The notes under the pieces: model-generated | Database searches by the model: none | Seen by the model: the letters and a program-made list of their open reading frames with translations, nothing else | Told to the model about the DNA's origin: nothing | Source: Thermoplasmata archaeon | Lineage (GTDB): Archaea; Thermoplasmatota; E2; DHVEG-1 | Direction of reading: 5' to 3' | DNA: 34,903 nucleotides | Assembly (NCBI GenBank): GCA_003649715.1 | Contig: QMSS01000001.1 | Coordinates: forward strand, 1 to 34,903 | In this document: positions 17,995 to 27,600 of the stretch, piece by piece | Position numbering within the stretch: the first letter of the stretch is position 1 | How the letters are laid out: each line of letters begins with the position of its first letter | Made by a program: the position numbers and the translations under genes

Positions 17995-18358
17995 ATAATA
18001 AATAGGACATTAAAATTTAGCTTTTTTAAGCTTGATAATAGAAAGAAATAAGTAAAATGTCAATTGTATACATTTTATCTATATTCCTTCTTAAACTTCC
18101 CAACACAACTCATGTTAAATTATGTTGATATCTGATAAGCGATAATCCCATAAAGATGGTCAAATCCCAGAAGAAACCTTTAAAGCTTCTATGGAGTCAA
18201 ACTGATTACACTGCCTAAAAAAACTTCCTATTTATGTTTAGATTACTATTTTTTCTTCAATAATATTCTTTTCATTCTTTTTCCTCTTTTTTTGTTTTGT
18301 ATCCTCAACATAAAACTATTTAATCTGGCAAACTATGTTAGGTCGATAGACATAAAAA

Positions 18359-18976
18359 ATGGATGAAAATGAGATAAACTACAGAAATCTTAGACATATT
18401 CAGCAGTTAGAAAAAAAATCGCCCTTACTTACAAGGATAGATCCAGATTTTTATTCAAAACTAGCTAGATATCTTGACAGACTCGACAAAACATTAAGGG
18501 AGGCAGAGGCCCAGAAAAGTAGTATTTTGATAGATGAGATCCAAAACACTAGAAGGATAGCAAATAGCATATATGAGTTTAGAGAAAAAAAAATAGTTCA
18601 GGCTGCTCTCTCAACAGCACGTGGAGGAAAACCGGATCTAAAAAACTTGTTGGATGAAGAAAAAACATTGTATAATGCACTTGTAGATATTATAATGGAG
18701 GCGCGTAAAAAAATTTTCAACAAAGAAAAAATGGAAACAGCAGATTCCAATGAAACAGTTACAGGAAATAAAAATCATGATAGCATCGATAACAAATATG
18801 ATTATGTAAATGTAAAAAATGTCAATCCTATTGTGAGGATCACACAAGATATACCAGAGTTTATAGGGATAGATACGAAAAAATATTTACTAAAAAAGGA
18901 AGATGTTTTGACCCTACCTAAGGAGATGAGTAAAACTCTTATAGAGCGAGGGGTGGCAAAACAGATAAAACAATAA
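18359..18976 (+). CDS. Archaeal GINS subunit (Gins51/Sld5-Psf1-like)
   Basis: The N-terminal helical A-domain pattern (LLTRIDPDFYSKLARYL ... IYEFREKKIVQAAL) and the C-terminal B-domain (VRITQDIPEFIGIDTKKYLLKKEDVLTLPKEMSKTLIERGVAKQI) resemble archaeal Gins51. Confidence 0.65.
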   Translation: MDENEINYRNLRHIQQLEKKSPLLTRIDPDFYSKLARYLDRLDKTLREAEAQKSSILIDEIQNTRRIANSIYEFREKKIVQAALSTARGGKPDLKNLLDEEKTLYNALVDIIMEARKKIFNKEKMETADSNETVTGNKNHDSIDNKYDYVNVKNVNPIVRITQDIPEFIGIDTKKYLLKKEDVLTLPKEMSKTLIERGVAKQIKQ

Positions 18977-19078
18977 AAAAAATAGAATGATGACACCTTA
19001 CATTTTTATATCACCTCCATGTTTACCCCCAATAAATACCCACAAAATAAAAAATCAAAAACAGGAGTAAAACCAGCT

Positions 19079-19357
19079 ATGTTACGACCACGTAAAATCA
19101 AAAGATACTGCCCCTACTGCGAAAAACATACCATGCATGAAATAGAAAAGGTGAAAAGGAAAAAAGCTAGTGAGCTAAAACAAGGGCAACGTAGATTTAG
19201 ACGAGTACTCCGCGGATACGGCGGTTTTCCAAGACCCAAACCTGAGGGAAGAGAAAAAACTAGTAAAAGAATAGCATTACGATACAGATGCGTTGAATGT
19301 AACAAAATGCATCAATCACCAAATATTAGAACAAAAAGACTGGAAATAGGAGAATAA
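19079..19357 (+). CDS. rpl44e: 50S ribosomal protein L44e
   Basis: MLRPRKIKRYCPYCEKHTMHE ... GQRRFRRVLRGYGGFPRP ... CVECNK. AGGAG lies upstream of ATG 19079. The track ORF start at 19019 looks over-extended. Confidence 0.9.
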   Translation: MLRPRKIKRYCPYCEKHTMHEIEKVKRKKASELKQGQRRFRRVLRGYGGFPRPKPEGREKTSKRIALRYRCVECNKMHQSPNIRTKRLEIGE

Positions 19358-19362
19358 AGAGT

Positions 19363-19545
19363 ATGGAGAAACCTCGGAGTAGATTTATCAAAGTAAGATG
19401 CGAGGACTGCGAAAACGAACAAGTCATATTCGATAGAGCCTCCACCGTGGTGTCATGTCATATATGTGGTAGCAAACTTGCTGTTCCCAGTGGCGGGAAA
19501 GCAAAGATAAAAGGCAAGATTTTAGAAACAATGGAAGAAAAATAG
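19363..19545 (+). CDS. rps27e: 30S ribosomal protein S27e
   Basis: FIKVRCEDCENEQVIFDRASTVVSCHICG zinc ribbon. Confidence 0.92.
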   Translation: MEKPRSRFIKVRCEDCENEQVIFDRASTVVSCHICGSKLAVPSGGKAKIKGKILETMEEK

Positions 19546-19549
19546 GGTT

Positions 19550-20341
19550 ATGATAAAAAAGGATTTCCCAGAAGAAGGAGAATTAATTGTTGGAACTGTT
19601 ACAAAAGTACAAAACTTTGGAGCATTTGTATCACTCGATGAATATCCCGGCAAAGAAGGATTCATACACATCTCTGAAATCGCAACAGGCTGGGTTAAAA
19701 GAATACGTAATCATGTAAGAGAAAAACAAAAAGTTGTATGCAAAGTAATGCATGTAGACAAAGCAAAAAAACACATAGATCTCTCACTTAAGAGAGTCAA
19801 CGAGCATCAACGACGAGATAAAATACAGGAATGGAAAAACAATCAGAAAGCAGAGAAACTATTTGAAATGCTGGCAGACAGCCTCGGTAAAACCGTTGAA
19901 CAATGCTACAAAGAATTCGGCAGCGACTTAATAAAAAAATACGGATCACTATACGAAGCATTTGAGGAATGCGCTTATGATATCAACACCCTAAAAAACG
20001 ATGGATTCACTGGGGAATGGCTAAAAAAATTTGAAAAAATAGCAAAAGAAAACATAGTCATACCATTCGTTGAAATAAAGGGACTGCTGATACTAAAATC
20101 ATGGCTCCCAGATGGCATCGAACACATACGTCAGGCATTAATAAATGCTGAAAAAAGTGAATATGAAGACGTGACCATACAAGTAAAATACATCGCAGCA
20201 CCACGATACCTAATCACAGTTAAGGCACCTGACTACAAGATAGCTGAAGATCAGATAAAAAAAGCCGTAGAACGGGCATGCGAATACATAAAAAAATACA
20301 AAGGCGAATGCGAATTCCAACGTGAAATAGGAGAAAAATAG
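19550..20341 (+). CDS. eif2a: Translation initiation factor aIF2 alpha subunit
   Basis: S1 domain GELIVGTVTKVQNFGAFVSLDEYPGKEGFIHISEIATGWV, followed by alpha-helical and alpha-beta domains. Confidence 0.92.
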   Translation: MIKKDFPEEGELIVGTVTKVQNFGAFVSLDEYPGKEGFIHISEIATGWVKRIRNHVREKQKVVCKVMHVDKAKKHIDLSLKRVNEHQRRDKIQEWKNNQKAEKLFEMLADSLGKTVEQCYKEFGSDLIKKYGSLYEAFEECAYDINTLKNDGFTGEWLKKFEKIAKENIVIPFVEIKGLLILKSWLPDGIEHIRQALINAEKSEYEDVTIQVKYIAAPRYLITVKAPDYKIAEDQIKKAVERACEYIKKYKGECEFQREIGEK

Positions 20342-20366
20342 ACATCACTGGGTGGTAGCAATATAG

Positions 20367-20561
20367 ATGTCAGACATACTATTCTGCCCCACCTGCAAAA
20401 CATACACACTCAACAACATCTGCATCAGATGTAAGAAAAAAACAATAACCAAAAAACCTCCTAAGTTCTCACCTCAAGACCACTACGGAGAATACAGAAG
20501 AAAACTAAAGAAAAGAATTAAAAAAGAAAAAAAACCTGACAAAGAAAAAGAGAATGTGTGA
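20367..20561 (+). CDS. nop10: H/ACA RNP protein Nop10, with a Lys-rich C-terminal tail
   Basis: CPTCKTYTL...CIRCKKKT zinc ribbon and PPKFSPQDHYGEYRR. Confidence 0.85.
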   Translation: MSDILFCPTCKTYTLNNICIRCKKKTITKKPPKFSPQDHYGEYRRKLKKRIKKEKKPDKEKENV

Positions 20562-21330
20562 AAAAATGAAATACGTCACTCTAAAGTATGTTACAAAAAA
20601 ACCTAAGCTAAAAAATCCTATACTAATAGAAGGATTACCAGGAATTGGAAACGTAGGAAAACTAGCTGTAGAGCATCTTATAGAAATGATTCATGCCAAA
20701 AAATTTGCTGAGCTTTACAGCAAAGATTTTCCACCGCAGGTATTTATAAACACAGATGGGACAATAAAACTGGTAAACAATGAATTCTACTACTGGAAGG
20801 CAAAGAAAAAAAATCAGCAGGACCTCATACTACTAACTGGAGACTACCAAGGATTATCTGCGCATGGTCAATATGAGCTAGTAGAGGCCATACTTGACTT
20901 AGCAGAAGACTTAGGTGTGAGACAAATGTTCACACTTGGTGGATATGGTCTTGGACACGAGGTAAAAGACCCAAAGGTTTTATTTGCAACCACTGACAAA
21001 AAGTTTGTAAAAAAAATGGTGAAGCATGGAGCTGTTTTCAAAAAAAACGAGCCAGGTGGTGGAATAATAGGTGCCAGTGGATTACTACTAGGATTAGGGA
21101 AGCTTCGAGGATTACAAGGTGTATGCTTCATGGGGGAAACACCAGGATACCTAGTAGATCCTAAAAGTGCAAAGGCTGTGTTGAAGATCTTAACTAGAGT
21201 TACAAACATTGACATAGACCTATCAAGATTAGAACAAAAAGCAAAGGAGATAGAGCTGATTGCTCAGCAGATCAGAGAAATAGAGGGTCTTTCCAAAGAA
21301 AAATCAGAGGAGCTAAGATACATAGGATAA
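20554..21330 (+). CDS. PAC2-family proteasome assembly chaperone-like protein
   Basis: PILIEGLPGIGNVGKLAVEHL, LILLTGD and GGGIIGASGLLLG, typical of the archaeal PAC2/COG1938 family. Start is at 20554 or 20566. Confidence 0.75.
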   Translation: MCEKMKYVTLKYVTKKPKLKNPILIEGLPGIGNVGKLAVEHLIEMIHAKKFAELYSKDFPPQVFINTDGTIKLVNNEFYYWKAKKKNQQDLILLTGDYQGLSAHGQYELVEAILDLAEDLGVRQMFTLGGYGLGHEVKDPKVLFATTDKKFVKKMVKHGAVFKKNEPGGGIIGASGLLLGLGKLRGLQGVCFMGETPGYLVDPKSAKAVLKILTRVTNIDIDLSRLEQKAKEIELIAQQIREIEGLSKEKSEELRYIG

Positions 21331-21399
21331 ATGACACAAAAAAACTTTTTTAGGATAAAAAAGTAGGTGGAATATTCATAAAACAATTCTTTTATGTTC

Positions 21400-21441
21400 T
21401 TTTTATCTCCAGTCAACTCAAATGAGGAGAGGAGATAAAAA
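21400..21441. terminator. 11-bp inverted repeat (TTTTTATCTCC / GGAGATAAAAA, 20-nt loop) between convergent genes. It presents T-runs on both strands.
   Basis: Arms 21400-21410 and 21431-21441 are exact reverse complements. They lie between the PAC2 gene stop (21330) and the C25 gene stop (21527). Confidence 0.3.
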
Positions 21442-21526
21442 TGGTAAAGAGGAAAAAATTGTGTGCACAGTTAACCCTATTATATTATGTTGAATCTTCT
21501 TTCCCATCCATTTTTTTTAGTATAAA

Positions 21527-23806
21527 TCAAAAAATGGAGAATAAATTTGGAAAAAGGGTTTTTAGAAGATTAAGCAGGGCTGATAGCCACTGTCTGAAAA
21601 ATACTTTATCTACTGGCATGTTAACAACAAGTGGATCAGACCATTCACTTTCAGCTTTGTGGATGTCCCTACTTTTTACTTTAACTTCATATCTACCTTT
21701 TTTACTCCAGCTATAGGAAACATTTACAGTTTCGCCAGAGTTGTATGGTCCCAACCAGTTGCTCATGTTGCCGTCGCCCCATGACCATTTATAGTATATT
21801 TGATCGCCATCAGGATCAATAGTTACTGTTGTGAATGTATAGCTTTCACCGACTCTTCCGCGTTTTTTACCTGTAGGTCTATCTGGTTTTTCCGGTGGGT
21901 TATTAATGTCTTCATTGTAGAAAGTAACGGCGGGATCTCCAAGTAGGTTTGTTTCATAGTAGCACCATCTCATACATGCCTGGTTTATACGGTATAGATT
22001 GTCTTCCTTTGAATCCTGATTTGCTTTTCCAATAGAAAATATTTTTTCTCCAAATACTGCATCCCAGAACTCTCGGTTAAAACGATGTGATGCCCCATCT
22101 GTGCCACCAGTTACACCCCAGCCGTAGCGTGCATTCATTACAACAGCAAAGGCGCCATGATCTGTTTTGACTGTAAAATATTCAGCTATACAGTCATAGC
22201 CATATGGGTTGTCGAATCCACCAGCCATACAGCCCTGGGAATAGATAAAACAGTATTGATCATTTGTCAGATAGGAGAGAACATCATTGTTTGTCATCTT
22301 CATGTTGTAGTCATACCAGGAGTGACCTAGATGGTTTATGATGTATAGTCCATTGTTTATATGACCTATAATCTCTGAGGTAGGCCAGTTGTTTCCAGGC
22401 CAGTCTCGGTCATAAAGAGTAGTAATATTGTAATCACTGGATGGTATTCCTACAGTGGTATATCCATTGGCGTTTGATCCATTTATTAGTTCATCCATAT
22501 AGTCACCACCCCATGTTGGTGGGTCGCTCCATAATAGTTCTCCTACTAACAAAACTCTATCATTGTATGTAGATGATCTTGATTCATTGTTTTCCATATA
22601 TGCTATGGTTTTGTCAACAAAATTATTTACTTCGTTGGAGTTACCAACACATGCTCTGCCGACATATACTTCAGCTATTAGATCGACATCTCCGCCACCG
22701 GGTCCATCATTTGGCTCACCCCATTTGTCATCACCATCATAATTATAGGTGCCATCTAGACATGCATAGTAGATATCTGAAGGCATATAGGTTGTCTCAC
22801 CGCCTATCCATGCCCTCACATAAAGTTCCTGCGCAGGGATTACATCTTCGTCTCCACCAATAAGAACATACTCGATGCCATTCTCTAGATAGATGTTTCT
22901 GATAAAAGTTCGGATTTCTCCAGGGGTTACATCCCCCCGGTTATTATTAATATCGGAAAGTGTTTTGATTATTGTTTTAACTCCTTTGTTGTTATGTGCT
23001 TCCTTCAGAGGCTCAAAATCATCTTTAAATTGATCAGTGGTTATTATAAGGAGATCATAGTGGCTGCTAAATGTATTATTTTTTCCTCCTGTGATATTTT
23101 TGGGGTACATTGAGACAACCTCTGGGTTGTCTATCATTTTTATTATTTCGGATCTATCTTTTTCTAAACCGCGGAATAAACTATTGGTATGAGTATCATC
23201 CCTGACAACTTCTACAGAAACTTTCATTTCTTTGAAATAAAAGAGTTCGCCAGTAGAAGTATTATATTCCATGGGGTATAACGTTAGAACTAGTATATCA
23301 TATCCTCTGAAGCTGTAAATACCGATTTTGTCAAATAATTTACCTGGAATGGTCTCGTTGTCATTATTATGGTTGTATTCCCTGTTCATTCCATGTTTTA
23401 GTATAGGAAAACCATTTATAGCTAGTGGGATAGGGTCACCGACAGGTGTGATTCTAAATCCTGATCCTAGATATATTCTATTTCTGGTATGAATTTTTAT
23501 ATCTATTACTCTACAATTTGGTGGCAGTAGTATGTATGCTCCTTTTGCAGGAAGGCTTGGTTCACCGGGGTTACCGATGCAGGGTGCGTTTTTCATGAAA
23601 ATTCTGTCATAAACAGTGTTATGTATTTGTATGCTGCTAATTGTTGGCTCGTCAAACAGATAGGTGACAGAAATTTCTCTAGGTATTTCATCATTATTAT
23701 TGTTGGCTGTGGTGATGGAAATAGCGGCTGAGGTGGACATCAAAATAGTTATAGTGAGAAAAACTTGGTACCATAAAATATGATTTTTAATCTTTTTTTC
23801 TATCAT
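21527..23806 (-). CDS. Secreted peptidase C25 (gingipain-like, clan CD) family protein with a C-terminal PKD-like domain and a short hydrophobic tail
   Basis: Signal peptide ILWYQVFLTITILMSTSAA. Propeptide-like GNPGEPSLPAKGAYILLPP. YVLIGGDEDVIP, candidate catalytic His in YIINHLGHSWY and Cys in CFIYSQGCMAGGFD. PKD-like DPDGDQIYYKWSWGDG...YEVKVKSRD...WSDPL. Confidence 0.8.
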   Translation of the reverse strand: MIEKKIKNHILWYQVFLTITILMSTSAAISITTANNNNDEIPREISVTYLFDEPTISSIQIHNTVYDRIFMKNAPCIGNPGEPSLPAKGAYILLPPNCRVIDIKIHTRNRIYLGSGFRITPVGDPIPLAINGFPILKHGMNREYNHNNDNETIPGKLFDKIGIYSFRGYDILVLTLYPMEYNTSTGELFYFKEMKVSVEVVRDDTHTNSLFRGLEKDRSEIIKMIDNPEVVSMYPKNITGGKNNTFSSHYDLLIITTDQFKDDFEPLKEAHNNKGVKTIIKTLSDINNNRGDVTPGEIRTFIRNIYLENGIEYVLIGGDEDVIPAQELYVRAWIGGETTYMPSDIYYACLDGTYNYDGDDKWGEPNDGPGGGDVDLIAEVYVGRACVGNSNEVNNFVDKTIAYMENNESRSSTYNDRVLLVGELLWSDPPTWGGDYMDELINGSNANGYTTVGIPSSDYNITTLYDRDWPGNNWPTSEIIGHINNGLYIINHLGHSWYDYNMKMTNNDVLSYLTNDQYCFIYSQGCMAGGFDNPYGYDCIAEYFTVKTDHGAFAVVMNARYGWGVTGGTDGASHRFNREFWDAVFGEKIFSIGKANQDSKEDNLYRINQACMRWCYYETNLLGDPAVTFYNEDINNPPEKPDRPTGKKRGRVGESYTFTTVTIDPDGDQIYYKWSWGDGNMSNWLGPYNSGETVNVSYSWSKKGRYEVKVKSRDIHKAESEWSDPLVVNMPVDKVFFRQWLSALLNLLKTLFPNLFSIF

Positions 23807-24025
23807 TTTAAATTAGCCTCAATTAATATTTTTATGGTTGTCTACTTTAAAAACTTATCTATATTTATAGTGATCTAATTATAAATAACCTTTTGAATAA
23901 AAATATCTGATTCGGATGAATTGGATTTTAGGTGGGTTAAATAGATTGATTTTAAATATTCGAAAATACATTACATGTGTTAGCATGTATTACAAAAAAT
24001 TGGTTTGATGCAGAGGGATATTTTG

Positions 24026-24343
24026 ATGAGAGAGGGGAAAAAAAGATGTGTTCTTACGAATGTTATTGAAACAGAGTTAGATATTCTAAAAAGACATATT
24101 TATGTGCTTAAAACCCTGCAAGAAAACGAACCATCTGGTATTATAAAATTATCTGAGTTGACAAAACATCCTCAGCACATGGTACGGTATTCTCTGAGGA
24201 TATTGGAACAGGAGGGATTGATTGAGCCATCGCCGCATGGTGCTGTTACTACAGATCAGGTTTCTAAGACTATTGATATGCTAAAAGTAAAGTTGAGGGA
24301 GATGAGAAAAACTATAGATGAGTTGATAGAAAAACTTGAATAG
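24026..24343 (+). CDS. Small winged-helix (wHTH) transcriptional regulator, archaeal family
   Basis: IIKLSELTKHPQHMVRYSLRILEQEGLIEPSPHG has a wHTH pattern, followed by a C-terminal coiled-coil-like helix. GAGGG lies 8 nt upstream of ATG 24026. The ORF is open back to TTG 24005 and ATG 24008. Confidence 0.55.
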   Translation: MREGKKRCVLTNVIETELDILKRHIYVLKTLQENEPSGIIKLSELTKHPQHMVRYSLRILEQEGLIEPSPHGAVTTDQVSKTIDMLKVKLREMRKTIDELIEKLE

Positions 24344-24401
24344 AAAGACAGTATAGCAATATGATGTTTTTTTAGCTGGGAAAAGAGGATGTTTTGTTGT
24401 T

Positions 24402-24474
24402 GCCGCGGTAACTCAGTTGGGAGAGTGCACGGCTGAAGACCGTGATGTCGAGGGTTCGATCCCCTCCCGCGGCA
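24402..24474 (+). tRNA. tRNA-Phe (anticodon GAA), 73 nt, no intron, CCA not encoded
   Basis: Complete cloverleaf by hand: acceptor GCCGCGG/CCGCGGC, D stem ACTC/GAGT, anticodon stem CACGG/CCGTG with loop CTGAAGA (GAA at 24435-24437), variable loop ATGTC, T arm GAGGG-TTCGATC-CCCTC, discriminator A. It is followed by TAAAAG. Confidence 0.93.
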
Positions 24475-24570
24475 TAAAAGGGTATACAAAAAATCTCCAA
24501 AATTTTATATACACTCATTTGTTTATGAAAAATGGGATGCACATTCCTGATATGAGTGATGTTACACGTG

Positions 24571-24601
24571 GAGTAAATCCAGCTGGTTTATGGATTTACT
24601 C
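24571..24601 (+). other. Perfect 10-bp hairpin (GAGTAAATCC, 11-nt loop, GGATTTACTC) followed by a T-rich stretch. It lies between tRNA-Phe and smc.
   Basis: Arms 24571-24580 and 24592-24601 are exact reverse complements. TATTCTTTG follows. Confidence 0.3.
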
Positions 24602-24644
24602 TATTCTTTGAAAAAAATGGATTTGGATAGGATGGGATGAAAGG

Positions 24645-27600
24645 TTGTATCTTAAAGAGATTCAGATGGAAAACTTCAAATCCTTTGGCAGAAAGCTGAG
24701 GATACCTTTTTTCCCAGGTTTCACCGCTATTACAGGTCCTAATGGCTCAGGTAAGAGCAATATTGTTGATGCTATTTTATTTGTTTTGGGTCCTAAAAGC
24801 TCAAAGGTTATGCGCGCTGGGCGTCTGACTGATCTAATATTTAATGGTGGTAAAAAGCATAAGAAACCTGCTAGTTACTGCAAGGTTTCATTGGTTTTTG
24901 ATAATTCTGACAGAAAGATGCCAGTCGACTCAGATGAAGTAGTGCTGACACGTATGATCAAACGTGCTCCATTGAAAAACGATCCAGATAATTACTACAG
25001 CTATTTTTATATAAACAGTCACGCTGCTTCTTTTTCAGATTTTGTAGATCTTCTCACGCATGCCAGGATTTCAGGTGATGGATACAACATTGTTAAGCAG
25101 GGTGATGTCACTTGGTTGGTGGAAATGGGTTCTGTTGAGCGGAGAAGGATTATAGATGAGATAGCAGGCATAAGTACATTTGATAATGATATCAAAAGAG
25201 CTGAGAAAGAAAAAAATGAGGTGGAGGAGAACCTTGAGAGGATCAAAATCATTTTGAATGAGATTTCAGGACAGATACGTCAGCTTAAAAAGGACAGAGA
25301 TGAGGCCTATCGGTACAAGGAACTTCAAGAAAAACTATATGAGACAAAAGCAAAAATAGTTTACAAGAAAAAACAGGATGTCGAAGGGCAGATAGCAGAG
25401 ATCAATAACCAGATGATGTCCTATGAAAAGGAACGAGAGAAATTGATAGAAAGGAGAGAAAAACTGAAAAAGGAGTATACTCAACTGCAGCAGCATCTAA
25501 AAGAGGTGGAGAATAAAATCAGTGAGGCAGGTAGTGATGAGGCAAGAGAAATAAAAGAAAAAATAGAGTTGTTACGAACCGATGAGATCAAAATTGAGGA
25601 GAAGATCAACTATTCAAATGATGAGATCCTAGCTCTTAAGAGGGAACAGAAAGAGTTTGAAAACAGTTTAGAAAAACTGAGAAAAGAGATAGAAGATCTA
25701 AACACACAGCATGCTGCTCTCCTGAATGAGATAGAAGAAAAAGAAAACATTCTCAGAGAGAAGGAGAAAAAACTCTCAGAACTAAAGGATAGCATTGCAG
25801 AGTCTGATGATCGATCCATAGAGCTCACAAGAGAGTTAGCTAAGATGCGTGAGGAATACAATGAGAAGCAGAGTGAGATACATGAACTGAAACTAAAAAG
25901 AGACAGATTTGTTGAGAAAATAGATGCAATGGATCATCAGATAGCTGAGATGGAGGAAACAAAATCTACATATGAGTTTGAGATCAGAGACATAGAATGG
26001 CAGTTCAGCGAGTACAAAAAAAATAGGCATGATAGAGATAAAAAGCTGAAAGATCTGGAAAAAAAACTTTTTGATAAAAAGAAAAGAGAATCTGATCTGA
26101 CAAAACAATTAGTAGATATCGAAAATCTGATAAGAAAACTCCAGCGTGAGAAAACACAGCTGCAGGCTGAGATAGATGCTATCCAGTCTATAGAGAGCAG
26201 GTACAATCCTGCGGTTAATGCTATCCTGACAGCTCGAGATTCAGGAGAACTAAAAGGTATATGTGGAACTGTTGCAGAACTAGCCGATGTCGATAAAAAA
26301 TATGAAACAGCTATAGAGATCGCAGCTGGCTCACGTATACAGTCCATCGTGGTTGATGATGACCAGGCTGCTGCAGCTGCTATAGAGTATCTACGTAAGA
26401 AAAAACTTGGTAGAGCCACCTTTTTACCTCTGAACAAGATGATCACGGGCAAACCACGAGGCAAAGCCCTCATGGCGGTTAGAGATCCAAGCTCACATGG
26501 CTTTGCCATTGATCTTGTGCGGTTCAAAGATAAATATAGAGGTGCGTTTTGGTATGTATTTGGCGACACAGTCATTGTTGATACCCTAAGCGATGCACGT
26601 CGTCTCATGGGTGGTGTACGTCTCGTCGACATGAAGGGCGATCTCATTGAAGCAAGTGGTGCGATAACAGGTGGAAGTAAACCAGATGTACATATATCCT
26701 TTGGAGGCATAGATCACAGACAGCTAGAAGAGATAACACAGAAACTACAGGAAACCATTGATAAACAGGAGACAATGTCTAATGAATTATCCAATCTTAA
26801 AAGAGAAATAGCAGAGTTAGAAAGAGAAATTGTGTCACTCAAAAACGAAGTTGATGCTGATACACAGATACAAAACCTTGAGGTTAGAAAAAAAGAGTTT
26901 GTCAACAAACTCAAAATTTTAACAGAGGAGCTAGAAAAAAAGGTAAAGGAAAAAGAGGAGTTTGAGAAAAAAAAGAATGATGTTGTATCTGCAATAGAGA
27001 TCTGCGAAAAACGGATAAAAGAACTTGATCTTCTCAGAGAAGAAAAAGGCAGAAATCTGCTAAGTGGAGCTAAAAAAGAGCTGGCGCAGCAGGCTAGAAC
27101 CCTGGAGGGGGAGGTATCTGATCTACAAAGTTCTCTTCGTGATCTCTACTCTAAGCAGGAGACGCTCAGTAAAAAAATTGATCTCACTGAGGAAAGGAAA
27201 AAAGAGATTCTCTCAAAGATAGAGGAAATAAAAAGTGAGATAAAAAAACTTAGATCAACAGTTGAAGAACTTAAAAAATCTAGATCACAATGTCAGAATG
27301 AGCTAAAGGCTCTCATGAATGTTGAAAAACAGATGACTGACAAAGTGAAGGATTTAACAGCTGATAGAGATGATATCTATAAAAAGACGGTTAATGTTGA
27401 AAATGAGCTCGACAAAATAAATACACGAATAGAGTCATATCTTGATCTAGTCACAAGAGCAAAATATAGATTGTCTACACTTGAGGAAACCATACGGGAG
27501 TTGGAGCAAGAACTGTCTTTATACAATGTAGAGATCAAAGATAAAAAACTTCCGAACATAGAATCCCTGAAGGAAACAGTTAGAGTAATCGAAGAGAACA

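Noticed and set aside
18165-18178. TCCCAGAAGAAACC in the radB-GINS spacer, which resembles the core of archaeal origin recognition boxes (TCCAGTGGAAAC-like).
   Set aside because: It is a single copy with mismatches. There is no inverted or repeated partner in the spacer and no orc1/cdc6 gene nearby. That is insufficient to call an origin.
24402-24474. tRNA-Phe as a possible integration site bounding a genomic island, with the C25/PKD gene and wHTH gene on one side.
   Set aside because: I found no direct repeat of the tRNA 3' half anywhere in the window and no integrase or recombinase gene. The downstream genes are core smc-scpAB.
24520-24570. Possible C/D box sRNA downstream of tRNA-Phe (CTGA at 24547-24550 and GTGATG at 24556-24561). 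A similar weak candidate lies at 18122-18205.
   Set aside because: The box sequences are imperfect and in the wrong order and spacing for a C-D'-C'-D arrangement, and no terminal stem is present. AT-rich DNA yields such matches by chance.
24508-24611. Small + strand ORF (MKNGMHIPDMSDVTRGVNPAGLWIYSIL, the tail of track ORF 24417..24611) between the tRNA and smc.
   Set aside because: The track ORF begins inside the tRNA gene. The short internal ORF has no ribosome-binding signal or recognisable motif, and it coincides with the hairpin, which is the simpler explanation for the conserved-looking structure.
25937-26710. Long antisense ORFs inside well-supported genes: 25937..26710 (-) in smc, 16312..17079 (-) in dph2, 10979..11620 (-) in mtaD, 8451..8933 (+) in iscS, 33966..34526 (+) in the AAA ATPase gene, and 30579..31679 (+) fragments in the PiT gene.
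   Set aside because: Each lies fully within a gene whose opposite-strand translation carries diagnostic family motifs. Their own translations are low-complexity Ser/Leu/Phe-rich, which is typical of the antisense of Lys/Glu-rich coding sequence.
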